From positions 930,001 through 994,000 of the forward strand of contig OZ287083.1 in NCBI GenBank assembly GCA_965645245.1: a stretch of 64,000 bases of DNA, read 5' to 3'. Both the position numbers and the translations under genes were made by a program. The stretch comes from Massalongia carnosa. Its lineage: Eukaryota. The notes under the pieces are model-generated. The model was not told the origin of the DNA and did not search any database. It saw nothing but the letters and a program-made list of their open reading frames with translations. Within the stretch, counting starts at the first letter, position 1. The number at the start of each line of letters is the position of its first letter. Below, piece by piece: positions 45,192-57,998 of the stretch.

Positions 45192-46112
45192 GGATTGATT
45201 GATTAATTGATTTATTAAATCAGTCAATCACTTCAAAATCCTTCCTGCGAAAACTAAATAAAAATGATTCAATGCATAAGATAATATCTGGCTTTCAATA
45301 AGATACGTTAGTATGTACATGGAAAACCTTTTGAGGAAGAAAAACCATGCAATCCTGTGTCCAGCCGAGGACCCTCGGGGGTCCCAGCCGTGTGCTCCAT
45401 GAAAAAAACTTTGACCCAAGGCAAGTATGAAAAATGAAACAAAGAATGCCTACTGTTAGCAGTATAGATGCTGTGCTGTCAGCGAAAATTGTGACAACAA
45501 ACCTGTCTTCATTAGCCATTTTGTGACTAATTTCATTGCTTTAACTCAGTGATTAATCGATAGTTGTTTGTGTCTATCGTATTTAGCAGAGTTGGTCTGT
45601 TGTCGTTGAGTTTGCAAAACATGATCACATATTTTGCAGTCGGTTTGTGCCAGCCACATGAGCAGTTCGGGGACGAGACGTCTAGGACTCGGCGTCTATG
45701 TAGGAAGGCGGCTAGGCCTATCTTTTCTGAGCGTATCTGAATTGCTAGCGCGCTCTCCGCTTTGGCTAGAGTTTCGTACAATTTGATGCGTTTTTTGGAT
45801 AGTGAACCTGATTGTGCCGGGGTGGTAAAGGGTGTGCGTTCCTGATATGATCTCCACGAAGCCTGCCATGCAACTGTGTCGTTTTTTTATTTGAGCTGTT
45901 ATTTTGTTGCGAGCGGCGCGTGCCTCCCCTATGTCTCGGGCGAGATTCGGTGGGGATTCGGCCCATGGTGGATTTGGTGTCGGTGTTGGAGGTTTATGTG
46001 CTTCCGATGTGATTCTCTTGGCCCAGGCGTATTTCAGCGTTCCTGGAGTGATGACTGGGGCCCTCTTGCGTCCTGCCGGACCTCGAAATTTATTGGCTAT
46101 TTTGTTGCATAA
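45192..46112 (-). mobile_element. LINE-C 3' fragment, decayed
   Basis: 'AESALAIQIRSEKIGLAAFL...CSCGW' matches the LINE-B C-terminus. (AATC)n-like tail at about 45193-45215. Confidence 0.9.
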
Positions 46113-46553
46113 TGTCAAGGACTGGGTTGGGAATTGAACTAATGTTCCTAGGAATTGGATTGGATGATCAAGATGTCTTTATTAATGAGGCTATAGCTAG
46201 GAGGTGGTTTGCTATACAAGACGTCGGACGAGGAGTCAGCTATCTACTGGATATGTCCTCTTTTTATACCTGAGCCAGCCCCTTCTTTCTCATGTTTTAC
46301 CTTTACCCTAGATGAGAGATTTTGGTGATGGTGGCGGCGATAAGGTGGAGCGATAAGTGGGCCAGTGGATGTGATCGTTCTAGCGATAAGAGGGTATAGT
46401 GGAGTGAGGAGATTGGTGGAGTGGAGTAAGGGGTTTATTCAGACTCATACCGAGGATGAATCTGAATAGGCTTTCAGGTGGCTTTTACCTCGATCGCCGC
46501 TTGGCGGTTCGGGGTAATCAATTAGGTTTTAACTCAAACTTTATTTCATGACA
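46113..46553 (-). mobile_element. Probable solo LTR truncating LINE-C; right edge uncertain
   Basis: TGTCA...TGACA ends, non-coding, minus-strand TATAAAA at about 46262-68. No clean TSD. Confidence 0.5.
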
Positions 46554-47193
46554 CATGCATTTGTAATGAAACTCTTTTGACCATTTTGACACAGGCGTTG
46601 TCTTGTCTGGGCCTGTAGTTGATCTAAATGTATGTCAATTGAGGCTATAAATGTCTCTGCTTCTAGGACAGCTATACTTAAGTTATTTTTATTCGGTTTT
46701 TAATTTTAATTTATTCAATTTATCTACGGTTTTCGTAGATATTTTGTTGATAAATTTTTATATACTAATACATTTTAAAAACTGAACTAATAAAGAAATA
46801 TTTTAATAACTTCTGCATCAAATTCTGAGTTGTGAATCGATTCAGTCGGTTTATTTTTTATCGTACAGTTTCGAGGTTTAAAGTTCGATCATTAGGATCG
46901 ACTAGAATTCATGATCGACAATTTTTCAACCAGCGATCGATTATGAAGCAGAGCATACAACATCAAAATACCCTTAGCCGAAGTTACAGAATGAAGTCAG
47001 CCTGCATGAGAAGGGTATTAGGCCTGTGAAGGTAAAAAATTCCTCGTTCTCTTTATATCAGGAACCGAATTCGTCTTGACTTCGCAACTATTCATGACAA
47101 GACTTGAAACTCATATCTATTTGCCTTATTATTATTAGAGGAAACTTCACGTATCTCGACTCTTTCATTTGTTAGATTGCAAACATACGAGAA

Positions 47194-50100
47194 ATGCTTG
47201 AGGTTACTCTTGCAGTGATAGGTTCTGCTCGAGCCGGAAAATCAACTTTCATACAGTGCGCACTCGATCTAAAGAAGCCAGTTACTTCTTCGTACTCTAT
47301 AAAAAAGGTTTCGCTTGAGGGCGTTGTTTATTTACTTCGCCTGCTTGAGTTGCAGGTAGATGATTTGAGATCAGTCAAAGATTTTGGTATTCAGTGGCCT
47401 CGAACAATAAGCAAAGAAGCCACCCCCCGAATCGATGGCGCGCTCGTATTGTGTGATGTGATGGATCCAGGCAGCTTGTTAGATGTCTCAGAGTTGTTAA
47501 GTAAGCTCGCAGTTTTTTTCTATTAGTTTGTAGTAGGTATCGTTGAGGTTCAATGTCAATATTAGCCAGGTGTTTTACTCTCTCTGTTCGCGCTCTCTAG
47601 GCTATCGTTAGTAGTAATGCTTATTGTTGGGCACCACGAATAGAGGCATGCTTCAATGCTGCGATTCCTACCGTTCTAGTTTCGTCCAAATGCGACAGCC
47701 CGCGCAAGTCATGGCGAATCGATCAACATCTGATTGACATTGTTTGCAAAAACATAGATGGTCTAGAATCGTTCCAAACGTCGGCAAGCTGCCCCGAGAC
47801 ACATAAGCGCTGTGTTTCCGTCATATTGAGGACCATTATGTTTGGAAGAGCTGGTAAGCTAAAAAAGTCTTTTGCCCCAGACATGCACTATCGTCTTCTT
47901 TCAAAAATGGTCTCACTAGTATTTTCGCTCGAAAAACACATTCGAAGAGTAGCTTGAACTTCTCGGAAGCTACATTTTTCTTCAAGATATTGAGAGATAC
48001 TGCTAAGTGAAAGATAGAGCCCTCGACGGCCTTTACTCATCATTCTCCCGCACGCACTTTGACTAACCAGCAACACTTTAAGACCCCCCAAACTTCACAA
48101 ATGAATGTAGTGAAGAGCAGACACATCCGGGCCACCTCGGAACTTGATTTCTCGAATGCGCGGAATATCGGTTCCGGGTCCTTGGCCTCGAATGCCTCAA
48201 ATCCAAACGCTAAAGCCAGATACAGTGAGCAATTAAATGATTACTCCCATCTCGCTGCCATCTCTCCAACGGAGGCATCAATGGAGCCTTGCTTTCAAAT
48301 GATAAGTTATTCCTCCGGTAATAGTGACGATGAAGTTATGGCGATGCCATCAAGTCCTGGCAGTGGCTGGCCCACTCAGGTTGCCACTTCCGTAAATGGC
48401 CTATCAAAGACATCACCCCCTGCGATGAGCACAATGGTATTCACATCCACCTTAGAAACATACGAGTACTCAGAGGAACAGATTTCAGACGTTGATCTCC
48501 TAGATTTAGGTGGTAAATTACGAAGCTCATCCGAAAGTAACGAGGCAGGCTCGACTTTTGATGAGTTGGTAGATCGACTTTTATCCCCGTCTATGTCAAA
48601 ATTAGACACTAAGTTTATGGCTGTCTTTTTGTGCTTGTATCGAAAGTTCGCCGCACCGTCAGATCTCATGTCCGCAATAATAATCCGCTTCGAGGCATTA
48701 AACGGCATTCACTACCCTCAAATTCTTCGAATTACATCTCAGCTTCGATATCTTAATGTTCTAACCCAATGGATCTCAGAGTATCCCGGCGACTTTGCGC
48801 ACCCTCTAACTCGTAAAAGTATCACAGGCTTCATATCAGAGTTGGCTGGGACAAGAATATTTGCTATTGCAAGAAAGGAGATGAGTGCGCATTTAAATAT
48901 TGTGGCAAATGATGACGATACAGAATGGGCCTGCTCAGATACACGCAGAAGCAGGGCTAGTACTGTTGGAAGCTTTCTAAGCATTTCTTCTAACCAGAGC
49001 TCCACATCAACATTTAACGCTGATTCGCCAACAGGAGATATCTCAAGTGATACAGCACTAGACGAGTCTGTGCAGCCGGAATCTGCTCGAAACTCCACAA
49101 CAACATCCATAGCCTCAAGCCCGTATAGATTAGGAAGCCTTTCAAAGTACTCATTTCGAACGCTGCTGACTTCTGTCGAGAGCGCCCAACGTCAGGCCCA
49201 GCTACTAATTCCAGTATCAAGGAGCCCTCTTACAAAAATCCAATGGCATCAATTTATGGAGAGCACCGATGATGATGTTGCGCGCGAGCTTACGCGAATA
49301 GACTGGATAATGTTTTCTTCGATCAGACCCCGTGATCTTATTCGGCATGTCAGTCTATCTGTACACCAAAAAGAAAAATGTAAAAGTCTTGAAAATGTCG
49401 ATCGAATGATCAATCATTTTAATCATGTTGCATTCTGGGTTGCCAACATAATACTTTTACGGGACAAACCAAAGCATCGAGCCAAAGCTTTGGAGAAGTT
49501 CATCGGGGTTGCGTGGGTTAGTTGATGTTCTGGACCCTTTTACTGCTACTGATTCAAATAATAGAAACTTCGCTATCTTAATAATTATAATTCATTAGGT
49601 GCCATTGTTGCAGGCATCAATGGCACAGCGGTCCATCGTCTGGCACAAACCCGGGAGTTGGTTCCGTCTCAAGTTCAAAAAGAATTCATGCGGCTTGAGA
49701 TTCTCATGGGAACTCAGAGGAGTCACTTTGCATATCGGTTGGCTTGGGGGAATACCCTGTCGGAGCGCATTCCGTTTTTGCCGCTTCTTCGGCGAGACCT
49801 CGTATGTGCTGAAGAGGGAAACCAGACTCATCCAGGTGGAGATACAGACCGCATAAACTGGAAGAAATTCGACGTTATGGGGGAGGTCATTGTGGGCATC
49901 CAAAAAAGTCAGGGAACCCCATATTCCACAATAAGACAGAATGAAGATGTGCAAAGGCTCATCTTGGATGGAAGATTTCCTAAAGATGAAGATGTGAGTC
50001 TCTCCTGTTCCAGAAATCTGCTCGCGCCTCTCTTCTTTCGACACCAGTGTTCATGTCATCAATGGAATGATATAGCCTCTTACACTTCGTTTGCTTAGCT

Positions 50101-50224
50101 CTCATCAGAACTCTGAAGAGACTTGCTAAACCCCCTCTAGGAACTCTACAATCGTAGCATTCAGATAGAAGGACCCCGAGCTGGTGAGAACGTTAGAAAA
50201 ATGTTCCCATGGTTTCAACGATAA
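47194..50224 (+). CDS. RasGEF-domain protein with an N-terminal small-GTPase-like domain; 5' end uncertain
   Basis: P-loop GSARAGKST, SKCD, REM-like 'FDELVDRLL...FLCLYRKFAAP', and CDC25 domain 'ARELTRID...NNYNSLGA...IPFLPL...INWKKF'. In-frame introns at 47501-47643, 47854-48017, 49517-49564 and 49994-50140. Confidence 0.9.
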
Positions 50225-50399
50225 ATCATCCACGGTATTTCTGAGTGAAATTATAACGATAACAGATTTTTTCAAATTGTAAATTTTACATTAATAATGA
50301 ATAACGAATACAGCTAAAATTCATAGCACTCTATACTTCCTACCAATCGATGTATCAATTTATCCTCACTTTCAATTGCCTTCGTAACTTCTTATTCTA

Positions 50400-51060
50400 T
50401 CACGTCATTCTACTTTTTAAATCCAGTGTATCCAGGTAAGTTTTACGATATACGTTGCCGTCCAGGTTAGAGTGTCGGTTTAATGACGTCCACTTCGGCT
50501 CATCTTTGAACAGTCGCATTGCCTTGATGAACTAAACCAGGTTCGTTAGTCCAGGAGGAAGTGCAAGAGAGCGTCACGAGCGTCGAGAAAACGTACATTG
50601 CACGTATCTGTAGTAAACCGGTGATATAGCCCAGCAGGTAGAACGATCAGGTCCTCTTTCTGAACCCGGATTCGAATCCAACTGTCGTCCCCGTCCCTGA
50701 CATCGAAGAACCCCTCCCCCTCCAGGATGTATCGGATTTCCTCATCCTCATGCAGATGCTCCATGAAGAACATTTTCACCTTCTCCTCGTAGGACGAACC
50801 CATCGTGTCGGACGAAACGGTAATCTCGTCTCGGTTCTTGTAGGAGCGTTCCGCCGCGAGGGAGTCGACCGCCGCGAGCGACGGGCAGTGGCGATAGAGT
50901 AGGCCGAGCCGCGCCAGATGGTCCGCGGACACGGAACGTCCCGAGTCGTGGTCCTCGCGCTGATCGCCCTTGAGAGGAAAGCGTGTCAAGCCTTTTGCAG
51001 AACGCAACCGGGTGGTGTGGAGAGGCTTACCGGAGCTCCGTCGTACCAGTATGCTTTCAT
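50400..51060 (-). CDS. ADI1: Acireductone dioxygenase (methionine salvage)
   Basis: MKAYWYD start, '[16 protein letters not shown]...PAGLYHRFT', last exon '[13 protein letters not shown]'. Two introns. Confidence 0.95.
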
Positions 51061-51362
51061 GTCTGCAAGCAAGAAATCTGATGAAATACGTTACAGTTAC
51101 GATAGGAAAATAATATGGTGTGGTTTCCCGAGGATATTCTGTACAGCGTACTTTCGTATACCTTTTGGTGGGTACTGAGGGAGGGGTAAACCCGCTTCAA
51201 CTTGTCATTAGCGGATTTACTGCCTAAACTTTTCACTTTCCCAGACGCACCTCACCACCAAAAAAGCGCCCAAGAGCGTCATCATGTCTATTCCTCCAGC
51301 AGATCATATGCATGCTATAGTTAACCTCATTCGCGATAAATCCACCAGCCGTGGAAATCTCG

Positions 51363-52337
51363 ATGCCAGGGGGGAAAAAGAAAAAGGCCGTCGATGAGCC
51401 GACCTCCGGGGCACATCGTCGCAAGAGGGGTTCAGCCAAGCACTCCACTACGCCATTGGCCGCAGCCAAGGATACTTTGGTACAATGCAGAAGAAGACCC
51501 GACTCTCCAGAGCATAAGGCGCCTTTTCGCTCACGGAGCACCTTCGTTTCGCCCCTAGAAATCGGCATTTTCTCCGCTCTTCAACATCCCTCCACCTTAA
51601 ACAATCAACCCCTCAAGTCCGCCAGATCTACTCCTCCTCAATACCGCCGGGAGAGGAACACGCCGTTGACACGATTTTGCTACTTCACGCAGCTTCCGCC
51701 CGAGATCCGAAATGCAGTATACCACCTCCTACTCACCAGCGCCCGGCCGATCAAGTTTCCGCGGTTGACGCGAAACGCAGCCTCGCGCGCGGCTCGGTGG
51801 CGAAACTGCAGCTCTGCGAAACGGCGGGCGGGCTTCAAGTCGATCTTTCTAGAGCTGCTGCGGACTTGCAGGCAGCTACACGACGAGGCCAGTGGGATCC
51901 TCTACGGCTGCAACGTGTTCAAGTTCCGGAGCTGCTACAGCGAGGGGGGAGGACCCAAGGAAGTGGTCCTACCGGCGCGCCACTTGCATCTGCTAAGGCA
52001 TATCAAGTCGTTGGTGATTTCGAGGGAGGAATGGGTGGCGAGGTTCCTGAAAGGGTTCCAAAGGGACGGGATGTGGCTGGAAACCTTTGAGATCACCTGG
52101 TTTGGGTGGAACCGCTTCTTCCTTCGGAATAGTGGGCTACTCTCCCAGGCTCTGCAGGGCATGCATGTGCGGAAGCATCTTATCGTCAAGGTGACGGGGG
52201 AAGCTCGGATGGAAAAGGCAATGATGCTGGAGCTCGAGCAAACCACGAACGCGGCAAGGGTGGAGATTCATCGCCCGGTCAGAGTAGTTGCGGGAGGGAA
52301 ATCGGTGGAGCTCACCGATGATGATATTGGGGATTGA
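51363..52337 (+). CDS. Hypothetical protein with a fungal F-box-like motif
   Basis: 'FTQLPPEIRNAVYHLLL...LLRTCRQLHDEASGILYGCNVFKF'. Long GC-rich ORF. Confidence 0.75.
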   Translation: MPGGKKKKAVDEPTSGAHRRKRGSAKHSTTPLAAAKDTLVQCRRRPDSPEHKAPFRSRSTFVSPLEIGIFSALQHPSTLNNQPLKSARSTPPQYRRERNTPLTRFCYFTQLPPEIRNAVYHLLLTSARPIKFPRLTRNAASRAARWRNCSSAKRRAGFKSIFLELLRTCRQLHDEASGILYGCNVFKFRSCYSEGGGPKEVVLPARHLHLLRHIKSLVISREEWVARFLKGFQRDGMWLETFEITWFGWNRFFLRNSGLLSQALQGMHVRKHLIVKVTGEARMEKAMMLELEQTTNAARVEIHRPVRVVAGGKSVELTDDDIGD

Positions 52338-52636
52338 TGTGTCTATCTGCCAGGACTTCTAAGTTTGGGATACTTTGCGGAAGCATCTCAAGCATTTGCC
52401 GCTGGGTTTAATGGGTCAACAAGCAAATTTATCAGTTGCGCGCGATAAATACACTAGTGTTAAAATTTACGAGCTTGCCAGTGAACAACGCGCACAAGCA
52501 TCCTCGTAAATCTAATCATGTTCCACAAGCCGTATAGCACAATTCAAGAAGCTGTCGCTCTACCATAAATGCTCTCCTTCATTGATCGTCCAACTGCGTT
52601 TCAAACTCGTCTTCATATTCCCCAACCGAGTCGTTG

Positions 52637-55600
52637 CTACGAATCCGCGCCGTCTACATCCGCCGAGTTGTCAGTAGACCTGGCGGCAGCAGCAGCCGCG
52701 TCATCCTCCTCAGCATCCTCATCATCGCCGTTGGCAGAGGTTTCAAAACCGCTCTGGTTCCTGATCGATCTGGACGTGGATGAACGTCGGATCGGTGGCT
52801 TTGAGCCGCCTGGCTTTGACGCGTGGGAAAATACATCATCGAAATGGTGGGCGGCTGCGGTGAAGGGAGTCCGTGGTGTTTGTGGTAGACGGCAATTGAT
52901 GCCGGTATCGTGAATCATCTTGGCAATTAAACCCGTCCAACCGCATTGATGGCTGGCGCCCGAACCTCGGCCAGTGTCTCCGTCGAAATACTCGTAAAAC
53001 CACAGATAGTCTATCCAGTGAGAATCGAGGTCCAGTATGTCATTACCGTGGTTGACAGCTCAGCGGCCATCCTCACCACGCACAAACAGGTGCTGCAGCC
53101 GATGCTGGATCTCCTCGGCAACATGGCCAAGATGCATGAACACCCCTGAACCTGTGGGACACTCAACCTGCAAAGAGTTGCCATAAAACATGTGGTAGCG
53201 AAGCAGAGACTCGACTAGTAACTGGTTTACCGCAAACCATATGGGGCCGCGCCAATTGGAGTTGCCGCCAAACAGTCTGCTGTCCGAGTCGCCAGGCACG
53301 TATCCAACCTTAAATTAAATTCCTGTCCATTTACTTCCATCGAGTACGGCTTCTTTTCGTGATACTTGGACAACGATCGAATGCCATGATCTGCAAGAAA
53401 TTCCGTTTCGTCCAACATTCTGCGAAGAATCTTGATCAAACGCTCTTTGCTTACTAGTCAAAGCAATAACCTATCGTTCTTTCCACGCCGTTTCATGCTT
53501 GCAATGTTGCGTTCCGCAATATCGTGGCGATTTTCAATGAACCAATTCAAACGTCTCTGGAAGGACGGGAACTTATCAATCACCTCCAGCTCCAACGTCA
53601 TAACAGCATAAAGCGGTATTAAACCCACGAGTGAGCGTACCGGCAACTGTTGAGTTCATGGACCACCCCAAGATATTGCATCGTAATAGAACCCATCTTC
53701 ATTATTCCACAAAGAAGTCTCCTTTCCCCCTGCTCGGTGAGTCATTGTATCACTGATAAGGATGAAATGTTCAAAGAACTTGGAAGCAATATCCTCATAT
53801 ATGGCGATGCTTTGCGAGCTCAAGTGCAATATTTAGCATTGACAGGCAATAGAAAGCCATCCACCCGGTACTGTCTGCTTGTTCCAGAACACCGCCGGTA
53901 GGTAATGGCTCCGAACGATTGAAAAGACCCATGTTGTCAAGTCCGAGAAATCCGCCTTCGAAAACGTTCTTCCCTTCGAGGTCCTTCCGGTTCACCCACC
54001 AGGTGAAAGTCAGTAGAAGTTTCTGAAATACTCTTTCCAGAAAACCAAGGTCTATACGTCCATATATTTTCTGCTCAATCTTGAAAATTCGAAAAACGGA
54101 CCACGCATGCTGCCATCGTTAGCTATATACAGTTTAAGAAACACTTTGCCTTACCACAGGAGGATTGACATCCCCAAATTCCCACTCACATATGCTGGCA
54201 ATTGCCCATTAGGATGCATATACCACTCTCTAGTTAGGAGGTCTAGTTGTCTTTTGGCAAATTCCGGGCCGATCATTGCGAGAGGTATTGCGTGAAACGC
54301 AGTGTCTGCTAAATATCAGCAGGACCGAAGAAAAGACAGCCGGTCAAAGAAAGAACATATTGAAGGCTAGCGAAGAATGCGTAATGTCTCAAAACTGGGC
54401 TGTCTCAAGGCTTTTGAAAGTGAGAGATCGCAAGGATCTCATGAATATCGATTAGGAATCATCTTGAAGAATGAATATTGCATTATCCTGATGTTGTAAC
54501 ATACTGGAAAGAAACGGACTTCTAAGCACTCATATTTTCCCCTTCGAAGTGGTTTTGCGTCTGATTCTTAAGCATAGAACAAAGAAAGAACAGAAGTGGG
54601 AAAGCAAAGCAGTATACGAGTGTTTTCCAGTTTCCACTTACCCCATGCAGCAAAAAAAGGATACTCCCATGAATCTGGCATGGAAAGTACAGCATCCAGA
54701 TCCAGATGCTTCCAGTTTTGATTGCGTACCGCCATCCTTCCTGCCGGTGGAGGTGGCATGCCTGGATCGCCATTGGCCCATTGATCCCAGATGAAATGGT
54801 AATACTGCTTCGTCCACAGCATGGATGAAAGCGCCTGCCGCTGGATGTTGCGGAGATCATCAGCCATTGGGAGAGGGCTGATGCGCCAGAAGAACTCATC
54901 AGCTTAAATTTTCCGCTGTTCGATGATATCGTCGAATAACTCCTCATCCAGATAGCCTTCGTACTTCTTTGAAAGCCTGAATCGCACGACAGCGCATTCG
55001 CCAGATTCTACGCCATGGCCTTCGTTGAAGGTGTACCACGCGGCACTCTTAGTACCTTTGCAATGAGGGTTGATAGCACCTTTTTCTCCGTTGACAATGA
55101 GTCTATGAAATGCATCTTTAACATATGGCTGTGGATTTTGTGCTCCATAAAGTAACTGGTAGTTGGTATCATTTTCAGTGAAGAGCATTTTGGGCTGAAT
55201 GTCCACGCCGCTTTCCCCTATGCCTGGAGAAGGCGACAGTTGAAAAAAAGGATCTCCAAGTTTCCAATGTTTAGATTGGGCGGTCAGAGGGGCAATTTGA
55301 CGGATTGAAGGCTTTCTCCCCGCTTTCTCCTGACCCCATGTCCAGGTGTTGCGAAACCAACCCTGCGGTATAATGTGCAAGGGCGCAGCTTCTGGTCCAC
55401 GGTTGTAGGCGGTGACTCGGAAAAGTAGTTCTTCTTCATCGTCGCCTTCCTTCGCAGTCTCAATGAAAATATCCCAATACCGATCTTCGTTAAAAACACC
55501 GGTATCAATTAATTGGTACTCCTTGTCTGTCTTGCCTCGCCTTGCATTTTCCTTATTAAATCTTCGTAGGGAAAGGTCGGCTGGGGATAGTTGTACAAAA

Positions 55601-56109
55601 ACTTCATGTACGAATGCGTGGGGACATTATCGAGATGAAAATGCGCTTCCTTGATTGATTCGCCATGGTTCCCCTGCGGATTAGAAAGTCCAAATAGCCT
55701 CTCCTTTAAATAAGGGTCCTTCTGATTCCAAAAACTGAATGCGATGTTCTGCAGGGTGTGTGAATAACATACACCCGCAATACCATCCTCCCCCAACGAA
55801 AAGCGCGGGATCTCGCATCATCATGAGAAAAGTGGCTCCAGGCATCCCCGTTCTCGCTGATTCAAGACTCAGCTCAGAGTGTGTAGACATTGAACTAGTA
55901 GGCCAACGAAGCTCACGAGTAGTCCTCTCACATTATGGGTGTTTTGGTCACTGAGCTTCTCATCCATCAGTATATGCGCGGCGTAATTCACCTGATTGCC
56001 TTTCAGCCACATATGGACCCCACTTCTTCCAATATTTCTTCCGCTTACGATCGTCCTTCAATCGCTTTTCCTCTTCGCAGAGATATTCATGACGGTCTAC
56101 AATAGCCAT
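52637..56109 (-). pseudogene. Glycoside hydrolase family 63-like gene (yeast YMR196W-type), multiply disrupted
   Basis: [64 protein letters not shown]. In-frame stops at 54904 and 53458. Frameshifts near 55550, 53795 and 53305. Confidence 0.88.
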
Positions 56110-56630
56110 TGTAGTGACCAAAGATCAAGGGTGAATGAATACAAAGGGATGGGTGGAGAAGCCAGTGAAAGCCAGTCATCTGCCGTTGAGGACAGGGATG
56201 AGAGATGCTCGTTAGATTTGAGCCTGAACGGAGTACTTCAACAACAAAACACTTCGGCTATTCACATACCTATATGCTTTCAGTTCTCAATGGATACATG
56301 AATATAAGTATTCGATTTTCGTGGATCAAGGGATTAAACGGCATTTACAGAGTACGTCACTGCTAAAAGGCCCAGGCTGCAAGGTACCTCTCGCTTATCT
56401 TAAAATTACCCGCGCGCTCCAGAGAATTCGCACGATGCCAATGATGGCACCATTGGTAACGCAGCTATCAAACTGTACAACTCGAGTAACTTAATTCTCG
56501 TAGAATAGGCATTTGAAAACCCAGTTTCGAACACTCGGGGGAAAAAAAGATACTTAGTTACAAGCATGATGCTCTACACTTCCACTCCCCTATATTTTCT
56601 GTATTCTCTGCCCTGGGTAGCTTTGTAGCG

Positions 56631-57523
56631 TCATAGAGCATCGGTCAAAAGCTTGTTCATCTTGGAAATCTTGGAGGACACGCTAAGATCGATTGTTCGG
56701 TCTCCAATTTCGACCACCAGCCCCCCCAGGATATCCGGGTTCACCTGTTCATTAATCAGTAAATATACTTCTTACAGCTATGCGTTAGAATCCGACCTTT
56801 GGTACTACTTTCAGCTTCTTGCCCTGACTGTACTCCGATTTGGCAACCGCCGTTTCTAAGCGCTGAAGCGTCCTAGTGTCCAGTTTCTAACATTTCATCA
56901 GTCACCAAATCTAACCGGAAGAAGAAACAGGTTGGATGCTAGACGAACAGATGCACTTGTAACCGTCAAGTCCACCTCCCCCCTCGCAGCACCCATAAGT
57001 GTCGAGAATTTCTCGCAGACTCCTTGCAAAATCCCAAGCCGGTTGTTCTCTGCCAAAGTTTTCAGGAAATTCTTGACGGTATCCCCTTTATCAACGCCTC
57101 CCATATGCTTTTGAAGTTCTTGCACGATCTGGGACTTATCGCCCTGCGTTAAAGTAGGAGCGGTAAGAATGACTGGTAGCTTCGGGTCTCTCTTGAATAC
57201 CTCAGAGAGAGCAGCCAAGGATTTGGAGGTACTGTCAAGTGTCGAGGTTTTGACAGCTGCTGTATACTAAATCAACCATTCCTGTCAGTTTTCACATGTT
57301 GTAGAGACCGCCGTTCTAGGGATTATCATTGCTTGGCAAAACACACCAGAGCACTCGCGTAGGTCCCATCCAGACCAAACAGAGCCACTGGAGGTTTTGA
57401 ATCTTGTGTTGAAGCAGCTTGAGCGTACGTTCGAAAGGATGAAGATACAATTGACGCTTGAGCGCAAATGCATCGCCCTATCAGAGATCGCGCTGCCCGT
57501 ATTTTAGTTTGCGTTGATAGCAT
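56631..57523 (-). CDS. ATP5: Mitochondrial ATP synthase OSCP subunit
   Basis: 'KPPVALFGLDGTYASAL', 'NFLKTLAENNRLG', 'VNPDILGGLVVEIGDRTIDLSVSSKI'. Multiple introns. Confidence 0.96.
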
Positions 57524-57998
57524 AGCGGATAAAAGGAGCTGAAAATATAATAGCAGCACAGTCGGCGAGTTTTGGGGGAGCAACAAATCAATCGTACTTT
57601 GTTCCGTAGTTTATCGACCGACGTTTACGGCCGGAAGAATCTTTTGACGAGGACAGCTCTTTTCTAGCGTACTCACGTGATTCATGCTCTCCTGAATTCA
57701 AACTCGTGTTTAATAGCCTAGCTCTTGAGAAATCCATCTGGAATCATATATTGAGTAATTCTAGTCTAGTTTAATTACCAGAAGAGGGTAATCATGTTTT
57801 CCTCCCTTTGATCGTTGTAGCGTCGCTGATATACTTAGGAACATTACTTGAGAGTTTACATGATTCTCGTTATCTCACTTACACCCATGGTATCCCCCTT
57901 CCAATCGTCTAGAGCCTTCGGTGCCTTCAACATAGGCCTAATGTCGTACTCACAAAAATACTTCACAGCTCAGTTTCATGAATGAAGGGGATGTCGCC

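Noticed and set aside
55975..55985. 11-bp match to the MITE terminus (TGCGCGGCGTA) inside the GH63 pseudogene
   Set aside because: No partner TIR or TSD found, and it is too short to exclude chance.
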